Shown here one piece after another: positions 19,415 to 31,269 of a stretch of DNA of 64,000 nt (position 1 is the stretch's first letter; each line of letters opens with the position of its first letter). The notes beneath the pieces were generated by a model. It was given only the letters and a program-made list of their open reading frames with translations, did no database searches and was not told the DNA's origin. Made by a program: the position numbers and the translations under genes. The DNA is taken from contig OZ252243.1 in the NCBI GenBank assembly GCA_965249555.1, positions 1,792,001-1,856,000 of the forward strand, given 5' to 3'. This stretch comes from Nitrosopumilus sp. (lineage in GTDB: Archaea; Thermoproteota; Nitrososphaeria; Nitrososphaerales; Nitrosopumilaceae).

Positions 19415-20421
19415 GTTTTTGCAATCTCTTGTCTGATGTCTAACAAATCTCTTAGAATGGAACTGGCAGTTTCTGTTCCACCAGCTCCTTTTCCAATAAT
19501 TGTTTGTGTACCTGAATGCTCTGAAGTAAAAGCAATTGCATTCAGTGTTCCATTAACACATAATGGATCATCATTTGAGACTTCTTTTGGTCCTACGATT
19601 AGTTCTTTGTTACATGATGCAATTAGTTTTACAGCACAATTGTTTTTGGCTGCTTTTTTAATGTCTTCTGTTGTAACCTTTCGAATTCCTGTACAATTGA
19701 TATCCGGCATTGTAACCTTCATTCCCATTACCCAATTTGCAAGAATTACTAATTTGGCTGCAGCATCTAGTCCGTCTAAATCCAAAGATTCATCAGCTTC
19801 TACATACCCCTTACCTTTGGCATCTTTGAGTGATTCATCAAAAGATAATCCTGTAGTCATATTTGATAAAATGTAATTTGTTGTTCCATTTAGGATTCCT
19901 GCAAATGATGTTATTCTTTCACCACTTAGGCTATTTTTAGCATAATCTAGAATTGGAGTTCCTCCTCCCACAGTTCCGCTAAATTTTAACATAACTTGAT
20001 TGTATGTGGCAAGTTCCATAAGAGATGGGAATGCTAATGCCAGAGGACCTTTATTTACTGAAATTACATGCATACCTTTTTTCATGGCAGTTGTAATGTG
20101 TGTCATTCCCGGTTCTGCGTCTTTGTAGTTACTTGCAGTGGTTTCAATTAACACATCTGCCTCAATATTTTTTATCATATCAACACCTGACATTGTATTT
20201 TTTGTGTTTGCATAATTTTTTACTGTTCCAGACTTTTGCTTTACTTCAACAAGCTTTCTAAATTCCAATCCTGATGGATCTACAGCACTGCCTTTACTAT
20301 CGAAGACTCCAACTATTCTCGGTTTTAGTCCATATTTTGCATAGAGATCCTCTGTTCTTGAATCAAATAATTTGACTAGACTTTGACCTACAACTCCAAA
20401 TCCACATAATATTATTCTCAA
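19411..20421 (-). CDS. hom: Homoserine dehydrogenase
   Basis: GFGVVG, NKGPLA, GILNGTTNYIL, DAAAKLVILAN. Confidence 0.95.
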   Translation of the reverse strand: MRIILCGFGVVGQSLVKLFDSRTEDLYAKYGLKPRIVGVFDSKGSAVDPSGLEFRKLVEVKQKSGTVKNYANTKNTMSGVDMIKNIEADVLIETTASNYKDAEPGMTHITTAMKKGMHVISVNKGPLALAFPSLMELATYNQVMLKFSGTVGGGTPILDYAKNSLSGERITSFAGILNGTTNYILSNMTTGLSFDESLKDAKGKGYVEADESLDLDGLDAAAKLVILANWVMGMKVTMPDINCTGIRKVTTEDIKKAAKNNCAVKLIASCNKELIVGPKEVSNDDPLCVNGTLNAIAFTSEHSGTQTIIGKGAGGTETASSILRDLLDIRQEIAKT

Positions 20422-20516
20422 ACCCCTTCATTCCTTTTTGATGTATAGTTACAGTTCATTTCATTACACTTTTGATTTTAATATAATTAATTGTGTATAA
20501 TACTTAAAACAATTTA

Positions 20517-20900
20517 CTAGTTATTTCTGTGATTTTGGAAACATTCTCTACAATATACTGGTCTGTCGTCTTTTGGCTTGAATGGTATCTGACAATCATT
20601 TCCACAATCGCCACATTTTGCGTCAAACATTTCTCGTGGTCTGTCATCTCGTCTGCCATAGCTGCCACCACCAGATCTTCCACCATAGCTGCCACCACCA
20701 GATCTTCCACCATAGCTGCCACCACCAGATCTTCCACCATAGCTGCCACCACCAGATCTTCTTGGTGCTGGTTTATGATTTTGGAAACATTCTCTACAAT
20801 ATACTGGTCTGTCGTCTTTTGGCTTGAATGGTATCTGACAATCATTTCCACAATCGCCACATTTTGCGTCAAACATTTCTCTATCTCTATCAAATGGCAT
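20517..20900 (-). CDS. CxxC-x17-CxxC domain protein with two identical domains and a Gly/Arg-rich linker
   Basis: CGDC...CREC twice; about four 27-bp repeats encoding RSGGGSYGG at 20657-20761. Confidence 0.9.
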   Translation of the reverse strand: MPFDRDREMFDAKCGDCGNDCQIPFKPKDDRPVYCRECFQNHKPAPRRSGGGSYGGRSGGGSYGGRSGGGSYGGRSGGGSYGRRDDRPREMFDAKCGDCGNDCQIPFKPKDDRPVYCRECFQNHRNN

Positions 20901-20955
20901 GTCTTTCTAAAAAGTGGTAAAATCGGGTTGTACTTAAACTATTGTAAAATTGATT

Positions 20956-22250
20956 CTCCCATACGAAATCATCTCCAACCCTACTGAGGACACCTCCTAG
21001 CGTGCTTTGCTGAATCAGGACATCTCAGATATGCCTTGCATCTTATACTTTCGTTGTGTCATTTCATGATTTTGTGTACGATACACTTTCAGAATTTGTT
21101 AGCATGTACCCGGATTATTACAAGCATCCGGTCTTGCAGCTGCCACCTTTGTTTTCTTCTCTTTGCAATTCTGAAATAGAATGATTCCATTCTTTCATCA
21201 AATCGTACTGTAGTATTTGCAGCCTCTACCATTGCGTTACGTAACCATGCAGAACCCCTCTTTGTTATTCCGCCTCCCCTGTGCACATCTGCACTATCCC
21301 TGTGCGATGGTGCAAGTCCTGCATATGAGACTAGTTTTTCTGCTGTTGCAAATCTGCTGATGTCAACTATCTCTGAAATTATTGTCAATGCCGTGACATA
21401 GTTTATTCCAGGAATGGTCATTAGTAGTCTTGTTTTCTCATCCTCATTACTGCAATCTTTATCTCAATTGTGTTGATCTGTTTTTGCGTCATATCTATGG
21501 TATCAAGATATGCATCCATTGCCATTCTATCAGATTAATTTCATGCAACCATCGTACTCCTTTCTGCGAGAATGTCTTTGTTGTAGGCTGGGTGTAATCA
21601 TATTTTGCAAGTATTGCATAAATCATGTTTTTGTGTCTTGAGACACTTCGCACGCGATTCAGTCTGGTTCTTACCAGACTGTATAGTCTCTATAGTATTT
21701 TTCTGGTACGAATGAGCTGTACACCATGTCTGCTCTTAGCAAGTCTGCCAATACGTCTGAATCAAGTTTGTCGTTTTTTAGCTTTGCCTGTGCAATTATC
21801 TTGGTCTTTGCAGGATGTGCAAGAATTGTATCAATTCCATGGTCCTCTAGTGTGTCATGTAGTCTGATCCAATAGTTTGCAGTTGACTCGCATACTGCCT
21901 GTATGTCATTGCCATATGTCTTTTTGACGTGTTTGATAAAACCCATTATTCCATTTGTGGTATTATCAAAGCTTGTCTGCTCTAGCTTCTCTCTGGATTC
22001 CCGTTTTATTGTTGCAACACATTTCTTCTTGTGAACATCAATTCCTATGCTGATCATATTATCACCTCCTTTTTGATCAAATTGCCTGATCTAGCGGAAT
22101 GCTCCCATTCACCATCTATGTGGTATTTTGTTTTCCGCTCACTTTGAGTTAGTCTGTTGGACGCCCTTATACATGGCAGTAACCATTCAACTCTCAGGCC
22201 CAACAGTAGGTATACATCACAAGATATGAAAAAGATTTCGTATAACGTCT
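20956..22250 (-). mobile_element. IS110-family element, copy 2, frameshifted transposase
   Basis: GIDVHK; same breaks and ends as copy 1. Confidence 0.92.
22088..22198 (-). ncRNA. Putative IS110 bridge RNA, copy 2
   Basis: Same stems as copy 1; target-loop sequences differ. Confidence 0.65.
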
Positions 22251-22324
22251 GTCAAGTTGACAATGCTTTGTTTCACAATTTTCCCCTGTAGTGCCGAGAC
22301 TTGGAAAATATCTTAGCAATATGA

Positions 22325-23197
22325 TTATGTATTATCTAACTCCTCATTCCCTAACATAACTAAAGAGTGATTATTTGATTGTAGTAGGAGTAATTCTCCT
22401 GTCATTTCAGGCTTGTTACAGTATAATTTCTTATAATAATCTGCATATTTTTCATGTAAATCATAAATTTTATCTTCCAGTACCTCATCATGATCAAACA
22501 AAGCAATATGGTTTTTTACGAGGAAATTACGGTGCATTGGATACCCATGTGATAAGAATTTTTCAGTAAATGTTTTTATCATTTTATCTTTATTTTCTAT
22601 TTTTTTCTCTGTAAGTATTTCATCTAAATATTGTTTACATGATTTTTCTGATGCTCTATATGCACCTATTAACAATGCAGGTATTTTATCTGTTAAATTT
22701 AATTTTACTAAAGGATCCTGAACCCCTTCTATGAAACTTATAGATTCTTTAATAGAATGTGCAGGTACAAATGAATTTGTTTGTGGATCTCTAACCTGAG
22801 GATCAAGAGGTCCTAATTCACCAGCCTTACAAACAATTAATTCATCAGCACCAAGAGCAATCAATGTTGCAGCACTCTTAGCATAGAAAGGCACTATTAC
22901 AGTAATTTTATCTGCATAACTTTTAAACAAATTTAGAATTTTATATGCTGAATTAATGTCTCCACCACATGATTCTAAAAGAATATCCAAATGATCCAAG
23001 TGTTTGAGTTTACGTAGTATTTTGTTTAATGATACGCTAGTTTGAAAACTGATGGATTGGTGACATATGACAACTAAAACTTTTGATTTGCGTATTTCTT
23101 CTATTTCTTTGATAAGTGTTTTAGTTTCATCTAATGTACAACCGTTTGAGTCTTGGTTTTGTGATGGTTTTTGTTCAGGATTTTTTGAGTCGCTCAA
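22325..23197 (-). CDS. SDH-family ClpP/S49-like serine protease
   Basis: LESCGGD, PFYAKSAATLIALGADE, GELGPLDPQ, SHGYPM. Confidence 0.88.
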   Translation of the reverse strand: MSDSKNPEQKPSQNQDSNGCTLDETKTLIKEIEEIRKSKVLVVICHQSISFQTSVSLNKILRKLKHLDHLDILLESCGGDINSAYKILNLFKSYADKITVIVPFYAKSAATLIALGADELIVCKAGELGPLDPQVRDPQTNSFVPAHSIKESISFIEGVQDPLVKLNLTDKIPALLIGAYRASEKSCKQYLDEILTEKKIENKDKMIKTFTEKFLSHGYPMHRNFLVKNHIALFDHDEVLEDKIYDLHEKYADYYKKLYCNKPEMTGELLLLQSNNHSLVMLGNEELDNT

Positions 23198-23381
23198 TTT
23201 CTTCTACTAATGATGAGAATCCTTCACCTTGTAAATCTTTCAGTATTCCTTCTTTATCATTAAATTTCCTAATCGGTCTTACCCTTGTTCTAAGTTTTTT
23301 ATATTCTAAATATTCTTTCAATGCTTTCTGTTCTTTATGAGTTAGAGAAATAGATTTGATGATGCCTGTTGAGTTACTCAT
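23175..23381 (-). CDS. Small hypothetical protein overlapping the protease start
   Basis: 68-aa ORF with 23-bp overlap. Confidence 0.55.
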   Translation of the reverse strand: MSNSTGIIKSISLTHKEQKALKEYLEYKKLRTRVRPIRKFNDKEGILKDLQGEGFSSLVEEIERLKKS

Positions 23382-23755
23382 ATTTTGACTTCACCCATTT
23401 CTCTAAAATTCCAAGTATAAAAATCAATTAACCATGTATTATAATTAATTACAGTAAGTTGATCCATATCTGAGATAGTCATGATTGGTATAAAAAAATT
23501 ACGATGAGATAAAGCATTGATCTCAAAATCCATTAATTTTTGAATTCAGATAAGACATGGATTTTATGTATTCTATAACCCAACAGGCATAAAATTCAAT
23601 TCAGATAAGATCTGTATTTCTGTATCCCGATAACTTCACAGTATCGTAAAATTAGCCTTTGAATCAAATTACTGTATCTTCATCAATCATCTCTAATTTT
23701 TTAGTATCTATAAAAACAGGATAAAGTTTTATGATGTATTATACTAAAGCAGTTT

Positions 23756-24085
23756 ATGATAAAAATCGAGGCTATTGTTAGAAATTCAGTTTTACATGAA
23801 ATTCAAGATGAACTAGCTGAAATAAGAATTCCAACTTTTTCAGCATATCAAGTCCAAATTACGGGACTTCATAGAGGTCATGGGGGATTGAAAAGTAAGT
23901 CCAGTGATTTTATCCCTAAAACGAAAATAGAAATTCTTTGTGCAGATAAGGATGAAGAAAAAATTCTTGACACTATACAAAAAGCTGCAAGTACAGGAGA
24001 AAAAGGAGATGGTGTGATGTTTACCTATAATGTTGATAAAATAATAAAGATAAAAGACAAGCAGACAGGCGATAACGCACTATAG
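23756..24085 (+). CDS. glnB: P-II family regulatory protein
   Basis: KIEAIVR, PKTKIEI, TGEKGDG. Confidence 0.85.
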   Translation: MIKIEAIVRNSVLHEIQDELAEIRIPTFSAYQVQITGLHRGHGGLKSKSSDFIPKTKIEILCADKDEEKILDTIQKAASTGEKGDGVMFTYNVDKIIKIKDKQTGDNAL

Positions 24086-24119
24086 CAAAGTTTCTAAAAT
24101 AATTTTTTCAATAACATGA

Positions 24120-24524
24120 TTAGACATCATTGTCTTTTTCGTGATGCAATGAAATCGAGTTGATACAATATCTAGAGTTTGTAGGCTTTGGTCCGTCATC
24201 AAATACATGACCTAAATGTGCTCCACATTTCTTACAGTTAACTTCTGTGCGAACCATTCCATGTTCTGTGTCAGAAATGTATTCAATTTTATCTTCTGAG
24301 ATTGGCTTCCAAAAACTTGGCCAACCTGAACCTGAATCGAACTTTGTATCTGATGAAAAAAGTTCTTCCCCACAACATACACACTTGTAATCTCCTTCAA
24401 ATTTACTGTAATTGTATTTTCCAGAAAATGGTGGTTCTGTTCCATGATTGATACAGATCTCATATTGATCCGGATTTAGCTGCGCTTTCCATTCTTCAGG
24501 TGTTTTAATAATTTTTTCTGTCAT
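24120..24524 (-). CDS. msrB: Peptide-methionine (R)-S-oxide reductase
   Basis: [26 protein letters not shown]. Confidence 0.96.
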   Translation of the reverse strand: MTEKIIKTPEEWKAQLNPDQYEICINHGTEPPFSGKYNYSKFEGDYKCVCCGEELFSSDTKFDSGSGWPSFWKPISEDKIEYISDTEHGMVRTEVNCKKCGAHLGHVFDDGPKPTNSRYCINSISLHHEKDNDV

Positions 24525-24560
24525 AATCTATTCAATTTCTTTTGATATTAGAATATTCTT

Positions 24561-26201
24561 CTATTTTTTTGACTTCTTTCTTTTGGCTTCTATTCTCTTT
24601 TCTGATTCGAATCTCTCTAAATCATATTCCTTCAAATCCACAAATTTCATAATTTTACTCAAATTAGGATGTACTTTGTTTATTTGTTTGAACATTTGTT
24701 GTGCAACCTGTCTGTAATCTGTATGTCCTTGTGGAATTGTTCTTAATTCAATTAGATGACAAGCTTCCCTAAGATTGAATTTCATAAAATATGGATAGTT
24801 GTATGCAAAATTTACAACATATTGTCCTTGTTCTGGATATTTTTTTCTAATCTTTTCAAATGTTTCTTTGGTTTTATTCATGGAATCCTTAAAGTCTTTT
24901 TCAATTCCAAGAATCTTGATTTCATTTGGAATATTATATCCATGATCCGTTGTCAAAAGTTGTCTTTCTAGAGTTAAAGCTCTATGTCTATGAAGGTCTC
25001 TGAACATTCCAAAGTTATTACACAAATCAAACGTATAGTAGATGTTTTCAAATGCCCTTGATGGCCTATGACGTCTATTTGTTCGAAGTTTTACAAATTC
25101 ACCGATTATTTTGGTTTTCTTTTCTTTTGAAAATTTTCTTACTTGCTGTAAAATATTTTGATATGATGTACTTGGTGACTGTTCATACAATATACTTGTG
25201 ATAATTTTATCCATTGCAGTTTTTTCTGATTCATAATCAACAAGATTTGTTATTACCCCCTTGGTTGATTTTGATTTAATTTCTTTTAGTGTAATTGATT
25301 TTGATTTATTTTTAATATCCTTAAGATACTTTTGAAATGCTTTACCATATTTGTCATCTGCTCGTCTAACAAATGATTTGATGGTTGTATCGAGTTCTTT
25401 TTTGATTTTTGAGGCTAAATCTTGCTCTTCTCTTAGTTCAGATGAGCTTAAAATTGTTAGAAGATATTCAAATGCACGGCCATTACCTGTGATTCCAACA
25501 TTTGTCAAAGTTGATGCAGGTAATAATCCTCTAAGAATATCAAGTGCTTTAGCTTTTGTTGAACCTTTGTAAATCATATTGGCAGATTTTACATCGCCTT
25601 CATTTTTTAATTTAGAAAATAGTTTTTCTTTCCCATCTGCTGAATCTTTAAAACTATATTTTTCTATAGGATATTTTTCTCTGACATAGTTTACCATTGG
25701 TTCTATGTTTTTTGAATAAATATCAAATGAAAAATTACAAGTCTCTTCATACATATCTGCAAACCTTGATTTTCTAATTTCAGGATCTCTGTAAAATCTA
25801 TACTTTCCTTTTTCTTTTTTATTCCATACCACATATCTTGAAGATTTTTCTAAATAAGATAAACCAATTCTTCTGTCCTCAATTTTTTTTACCGCAATGT
25901 TTGACAAACCTTCAATTGCAATTTGTGCTTCACCTAACTCTGCAACTGAATCATCACCGTATTCTAAAAGAACTCTGTTGTAAAATTCCTCACCTCTGTT
26001 TTTATTTTTTAAAAACTCATCAAGAAAAATTCTTCTCATACTTTTATTGGTTCTACTATATCTTGACATCAGTGCTCCACGATCAACTTGTTTAGGAGTA
26101 ATTATTGCAAATACATTGTTGCCAGTATTTGAAAAGTGGTCTGATAGAATCTTTTTTTCTTTAATTGAAAACTCTGACAACACCAGTGTGCAGTTTTTCA
26201 A
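24561..26201 (-). CDS. thyX: FAD-dependent thymidylate synthase (double-domain)
   Basis: [26 protein letters not shown]. Confidence 0.9.
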   Translation of the reverse strand: MKNCTLVLSEFSIKEKKILSDHFSNTGNNVFAIITPKQVDRGALMSRYSRTNKSMRRIFLDEFLKNKNRGEEFYNRVLLEYGDDSVAELGEAQIAIEGLSNIAVKKIEDRRIGLSYLEKSSRYVVWNKKEKGKYRFYRDPEIRKSRFADMYEETCNFSFDIYSKNIEPMVNYVREKYPIEKYSFKDSADGKEKLFSKLKNEGDVKSANMIYKGSTKAKALDILRGLLPASTLTNVGITGNGRAFEYLLTILSSSELREEQDLASKIKKELDTTIKSFVRRADDKYGKAFQKYLKDIKNKSKSITLKEIKSKSTKGVITNLVDYESEKTAMDKIITSILYEQSPSTSYQNILQQVRKFSKEKKTKIIGEFVKLRTNRRHRPSRAFENIYYTFDLCNNFGMFRDLHRHRALTLERQLLTTDHGYNIPNEIKILGIEKDFKDSMNKTKETFEKIRKKYPEQGQYVVNFAYNYPYFMKFNLREACHLIELRTIPQGHTDYRQVAQQMFKQINKVHPNLSKIMKFVDLKEYDLERFESEKRIEAKRKKSKK

Positions 26202-26212
26202 TTATTAATAGT

Positions 26213-26506
26213 CTATTTCTTTTTTCCAATTTGAATGAGATCGGGACCTTTGTCTCTGTTTTTGTCATTTCCTTTGCCTTGCCATCTCATCAACACTTCT
26301 TTGAAACCTGCTGCATCAGCTTCATTTTCTGTATACATCAATGTTGTAATCCAATATCCCTTTTTTGCAGTTTTTCCACCAACAGAATTCATCCAAAAGT
26401 CATTTGGTAAATTCTCCAAATTTTTACTGTCAGGATCTTTTGCAAGTTCAACCCATCTGCTTGCGACAAAATTCAAAATTTGCTCAAGTTCTTCTCGCTG
26501 TATCAT
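26213..26506 (-). CDS. Conserved hypothetical protein
   Basis: 97-aa ORF co-oriented with thyX. Confidence 0.65.
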   Translation of the reverse strand: MIQREELEQILNFVASRWVELAKDPDSKNLENLPNDFWMNSVGGKTAKKGYWITTLMYTENEADAAGFKEVLMRWQGKGNDKNRDKGPDLIQIGKKK

Positions 26507-26639
26507 GTATGTGCTATTACGCCTCTAGATTTTAAAATTACTGAAAAGCGACCAATTCTGAGTTTGTGAAAATAATCTTACTAAAACTAATAACATTACT
26601 TACTCTTTATCGGTTATACAAATCCCATAACTATATCAC

Positions 26640-27530
26640 ATGACTAACGACGAAATCGATATTATCGGTAAAAACGTCAAAGACATGTACGGAACATTCA
26701 TGGGCAAAGTCGTAGGAACAATAACTGACATTGATGGTAGTATCCAATCCATTGGTATTGACTGCGGTTCACAAGGATTACAGCAAATCCAATATGAACA
26801 ATTAGTAGTTCAAAACGATGTTGTTATTTTCATACCAAAATGGAGACTTGACTCTCAAAGACTCATTCGTGAAAAACAACTAACTCTACGTCGTCTAAAG
26901 GCATTGATTGATATTGTTTCTGAAAATGATGACATGAAAGCAGATGCAGAAATCATTCATGAAAAATACAAGTCAAAACTTGCAACATTAGATGAAACAG
27001 AAAGAGAAATCAAAGCCAAACTTGATGAAAGATTAACTGAGTTAGAAGAACAAACAAAGTCTGCAAAGATGTTAATGTTTGATGCAAATGTACAATTCAA
27101 GAGCAATGAAATCTCTAATACAACATTTGATACCGTGAAATCATGCACAAATGAGGTAATTGAGCGTGTTACTCACGAAAAAGCAGAAATTGCAAATGTA
27201 AAGAGTAGAATTACAGATCTTGAATTAGAAGTGCAAGAAATATCTGCCCCTCCACAACAAAACATCCAAGAATCAGCCGTTTCATATCTGGAGACACCTG
27301 AATCACAACAAGTAATTCAGTCCATACTTCCAGAAGCACCAACAGAATCAATAGAAGCACCTTCAGAACCAATTAAAGTAGAGGCTCTACCAATACCAGA
27401 ATCTATTCCAGAACCCCCACACGAATCTGAAGTTGCACCAACATTTCCAGAACCACCCAAACAGGTGACACAAGAAACTCCAAAAGAAGATAACGATAAT
27501 GATTGGCTTGCTAGAATGGAAGTACAATAA
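26640..27530 (+). CDS. cdvA: Cell division protein CdvA
   Basis: N-terminal PRC barrel (IGKNVKDMYG), coiled coil, Pro/Glu-rich tail. Confidence 0.85.
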   Translation: MTNDEIDIIGKNVKDMYGTFMGKVVGTITDIDGSIQSIGIDCGSQGLQQIQYEQLVVQNDVVIFIPKWRLDSQRLIREKQLTLRRLKALIDIVSENDDMKADAEIIHEKYKSKLATLDETEREIKAKLDERLTELEEQTKSAKMLMFDANVQFKSNEISNTTFDTVKSCTNEVIERVTHEKAEIANVKSRITDLELEVQEISAPPQQNIQESAVSYLETPESQQVIQSILPEAPTESIEAPSEPIKVEALPIPESIPEPPHESEVAPTFPEPPKQVTQETPKEDNDNDWLARMEVQ

Positions 27531-27581
27531 TTTTTTTTTATTTTTCTTTAACATTTAGAAAGAACCACATTCATACACTTT

Positions 27582-29504
27582 TTGATGTCTGAGACTTACA
27601 ATATTGGCCTTGGAAATAATGACTCTGAAATAAGAAAAAAAGCAAACTCTGATTTTGTATCTTTTTGGGATGAGCAGGCAAAGAACCTCTTTTGGTTTTC
27701 ATCTTGGAGAAAGACCTTGGATTGGCAGCCTCCATTTGCCAAATGGTTTGCTGGAGGCACAATTAACGCCTCATATAATGCCCTTGATGTGCATCATGAT
27801 ACGAAGGCTAACAAACCTGCTATATTGTGGGAAGGCGAAAATGGTGAATCCAGAACCATAACATACGGTGATTTGTTAATTCAAGTCAAAAAATTCTCAA
27901 ATGTTCTAAAGTCATTGGGTGTCAAAAAAGGAGACCGAGTTACTATCTATCTTCCAATGGTACCTGAATTACCAATTACCATGTTGGCATGTGCAAGAAT
28001 TGGTGCTATACATACAGTAGTATTTTCTGGCTTTAGTGCGGCATCAATTAGAGATAGAATTGATGATTCTAAATCCAAAATAATCATTACTGCTGATGGC
28101 GGATATAGAAGAGGAAAGATTGTTAAACTCAAAGAAGTAATTGATGAAGCAGTCAAAGACTTTGATTTTGTGGAGAATGTTGTAGTTCTTGAGAGAACAA
28201 AAAACGAAATTTCAATGACATCAAAAGATAAACTTTGGAATGATCTGATGAAAGATGCGTCTGATCATTGTGACGCAGAAAAATTAGATAGCACTCACCC
28301 TCTTTACATATTATACACATCAGGAACTACTGGAAAACCAAAAGGAGTTTTACACGGAACTGGTGGTTATCTGACACACTTGTATTCTACTTTCAAGTGG
28401 GCATTTGACATTAAAGACTCTGATGTATTTTTTTGTACTGCTGATATTGGTTGGGTAACTGGTCACAGTTATGTCGTTTACGCTCCATTGCTTCATGGTG
28501 CAACTGAGATAATGTATGAGGGTGCACCTGATTACCCTGATGTATCAAGAATGTGGGATATTTTACAAAAATATAAAGTTACAATTTTCTATACAACACC
28601 TACTGCTCTTAGAATGTTTATGAAATTTGGAGATGATATTCCAAACTCCTTTGATCTTTCTTCGCTTAGATTACTTGGAACAGTGGGTGAACCAATTAAT
28701 CCAGAAGTTTGGAGATGGTATTTCAAAATCATTGGAAAAGAAAATTGTCCAATTATTGATACTTGGTGGCAAACTGAAACTGGTGGTATGCTAATTTCTC
28801 CATTACCTGGATTAGAGACAATTCCACTAAAGCCTGGTTCAGGAACCCATCCAATTCCAGGCGTAACTATCTCTGTGGTTGATGAAAATGGGGCTGATGT
28901 ATCTCCAAATACAAAGGGATATCTTGTAATCAAGAATCCTTGGCCTGGCATGCTTTTGACATTATGGGGTGATGATGAAAAATACAAGGATGTGTACTGG
29001 TCAAAATATGAAAATTATTACTATTCAGGTGATTATGCACTAAAAGATGATGATGGATATCTTTGGTTACTTGGACGTGCAGACGATGTACTAAAAGTGG
29101 CAGGTCATAGAATTGGAACTGCAGAACTTGAAAGCTGCATTGTATCTCACAATCATGTTGCAGAGTCTGCAGTATGTGGAATCCCTGATGAGATTAAAGG
29201 TGAAGTAATTATTGCATTTGTCGTTCTTAAAGAAGGAGTAATAAAAAATTCTAATGATTTAGAAACAGAACTTTCAGAGAAAATACGTAAAGATATTGGT
29301 GCAATTGCAACACCTACACAAATCTATTTTGTTTCAAAACTTCCAAAGACACGTAGTGGAAAAATTATGCGAAGATTGCTAAAAGCAATTGCAAATAATG
29401 AAAAGATTGGTGATGTCAGTACTTTAGAAGATAGTACTGCTGTAACTGAAGTTCAAAGTGTGTTTGAAGAACTACAAAAATCAATTAAAGAAAAATCAAA
29501 ATAA
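27582..29504 (+). CDS. acs: Acetyl-CoA synthetase (AMP-forming)
   Basis: YTSGTTGKPKG, DTWWQTETG, LPKTRSGKIMRR. Confidence 0.95.
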   Translation: MMSETYNIGLGNNDSEIRKKANSDFVSFWDEQAKNLFWFSSWRKTLDWQPPFAKWFAGGTINASYNALDVHHDTKANKPAILWEGENGESRTITYGDLLIQVKKFSNVLKSLGVKKGDRVTIYLPMVPELPITMLACARIGAIHTVVFSGFSAASIRDRIDDSKSKIIITADGGYRRGKIVKLKEVIDEAVKDFDFVENVVVLERTKNEISMTSKDKLWNDLMKDASDHCDAEKLDSTHPLYILYTSGTTGKPKGVLHGTGGYLTHLYSTFKWAFDIKDSDVFFCTADIGWVTGHSYVVYAPLLHGATEIMYEGAPDYPDVSRMWDILQKYKVTIFYTTPTALRMFMKFGDDIPNSFDLSSLRLLGTVGEPINPEVWRWYFKIIGKENCPIIDTWWQTETGGMLISPLPGLETIPLKPGSGTHPIPGVTISVVDENGADVSPNTKGYLVIKNPWPGMLLTLWGDDEKYKDVYWSKYENYYYSGDYALKDDDGYLWLLGRADDVLKVAGHRIGTAELESCIVSHNHVAESAVCGIPDEIKGEVIIAFVVLKEGVIKNSNDLETELSEKIRKDIGAIATPTQIYFVSKLPKTRSGKIMRRLLKAIANNEKIGDVSTLEDSTAVTEVQSVFEELQKSIKEKSK

Positions 29505-29505
29505 T

Positions 29506-30036
29506 TTATTGTTTTAATTTTTTCAAATCAACTGTGGAAAGCATTTCAAACATTTCTTCAAGTCCATCATATTCTGATTTTGAATTTTCATCTAGTTGCT
29601 CATAATCTTTTTCTTTGATCTCATCTAGTTTGTTATTTGCTTTTCTAAAAAATTCTTCATATTCTTCAATTTTTTCATCAGTCATTTGTGTTAAATCAAA
29701 AATCACTGTATTACTTCCAAGCAAATTTTTATTTTCATCATAAAGACTTGTTGCTTGTAATAATCCTGAAAAGGTAGTTTCATCTAGTCTCTTGAATGTG
29801 ATCTTTCTGTTGGTTACTTTTCCTGTATCAAACCATGTTTTTAGAGAGTCATTCATAGCCTCCCATGCTTCTTTAGGTACATGCTCAAAGATTGGTCTGC
29901 CTAAAACCTCCGATTTGGCATATCCTAGATTTGCAGCATACGTGGAATTACAGTCAAGAATTATTCCAATTGAATTTATTCTCCTCCACATGACTGGCGC
30001 ATCTTTGAGCGTTTTTCTTGCTTCAGTTTGAGGCAT
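29506..30036 (-). CDS. PAS-domain protein
   Basis: GIILDCN...LGYAKSEVLGRP...LYDENKNLLG. Confidence 0.85.
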   Translation of the reverse strand: MPQTEARKTLKDAPVMWRRINSIGIILDCNSTYAANLGYAKSEVLGRPIFEHVPKEAWEAMNDSLKTWFDTGKVTNRKITFKRLDETTFSGLLQATSLYDENKNLLGSNTVIFDLTQMTDEKIEEYEEFFRKANNKLDEIKEKDYEQLDENSKSEYDGLEEMFEMLSTVDLKKLKQ

Positions 30037-30077
30037 TTTTTAAAATTAGATTGACTAGTTATTAAATTGAAATCTTT

Positions 30078-31265
30078 TCAAAACCACTGATTGGGTTGTA
30101 AAATTTCTTTTAATTTCATTATCTCATGCGAGATTTCTTTTCTAATCGTGTTGCTTACTGTTTTTTTACTGTAATCTTGTAAATAGTACATAGAGTCTAA
30201 CATGATTCTTATAATTTCAGTTACTGATTCAAAAATTTCTTGATTTTTCTTTTTTCTTACATCTCTCCCTTTCAAATTTTTTTGGAGTATTTTTCGTATT
30301 TTCTTTGTTATTGATACCATAATCTTTGGTGATGATTCATGGAATTTTTTATCTGCATATAGTTTCTTTATTTTATTTTTGAGTCTTCCAAAGTTGTTTC
30401 TATTGGATAGATCTTCAAAGTCAGTCTGTGTGAATATGTCTTCCATTTTAACACGTCGTATTCTTGATAATCGCATTGGTATTTTTTCGAATGTTCTGAA
30501 AATTTGTTGCAGTGATTTTTCATCTTCATCCATAATAAATCGTAATAATTGTTGAATAATATCATCATATTCAGATTTTTTTCTAATTGAAGAACCTACT
30601 TTGACGGGATCAATGACTGTAAAACTTTTAGATAGATTCACTTTGATTTCTTCTGGAATTTGAATTAAATGAAATTTATCTTGTCTGTCTGGCTCTACAA
30701 CTAAGGTTGAAAATGGAATTAATCGTAGAGGTGGGGGTAAAATTGCAAATATGTTGTGCAAAAACATCAATTCATCTGTTTTTACCAAAGCAATTTTTTT
30801 CCTTGAAGAAATTCTATGTAACATTTCTCCAAGTAATTTCACATCTTGTTTTTTAAGGAATTTAAAATCAGGGGAAATTGAATGCGTATCTATGTTTACT
30901 TGTTTTAATTCTCCACGGAGCGATTCATTTTGTATGAAATATTTTTCAAAAACCCTTGAATCAAAATCTAACTGTTCAAATTCATTTTCATTTATTACAA
31001 ACGTGTGATTGTAAAGGGTGCCTCTTCTTCCATCATAACCTATGCCTATATTTTTGATAATACTGTATACAATTTTGTTATTTGGTAGAATTAACAAAGA
31101 TCTTGATTCCTCGAATCCACTTATTTTTACTCCTAACGGATAAAGGTACTTTGTAAGTTTGGATATTATTTCATCAGTGATTCCGGCACTTTTTGCAATA
31201 ATTTGATAGCCCTCGTTATTTCCTATTTTACCTGCAGTGTAAATGAAATGATCACATTTTGGCAT
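30078..31265 (-). CDS. GAP1-N2-like (GTPase-associated) domain protein
   Basis: N-terminal HFIYT...GYQIIAKSAGI...YDGRRG...NHTFVI pattern; directly follows a GTPase. Confidence 0.55.
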   Translation of the reverse strand: MPKCDHFIYTAGKIGNNEGYQIIAKSAGITDEIISKLTKYLYPLGVKISGFEESRSLLILPNNKIVYSIIKNIGIGYDGRRGTLYNHTFVINENEFEQLDFDSRVFEKYFIQNESLRGELKQVNIDTHSISPDFKFLKKQDVKLLGEMLHRISSRKKIALVKTDELMFLHNIFAILPPPLRLIPFSTLVVEPDRQDKFHLIQIPEEIKVNLSKSFTVIDPVKVGSSIRKKSEYDDIIQQLLRFIMDEDEKSLQQIFRTFEKIPMRLSRIRRVKMEDIFTQTDFEDLSNRNNFGRLKNKIKKLYADKKFHESSPKIMVSITKKIRKILQKNLKGRDVRKKKNQEIFESVTEIIRIMLDSMYYLQDYSKKTVSNTIRKEISHEIMKLKEILQPNQWF

Positions 31266-31269
31266 AGGA

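Noticed and set aside
20504-20987. Alternative-frame repetitive ORFs (MVEDLVVAA, HHSCHHQIF, IAATTRSST)
   Set aside because: Frame and strand shadows of the 27-bp repeat in the CxxC-x17-CxxC gene.
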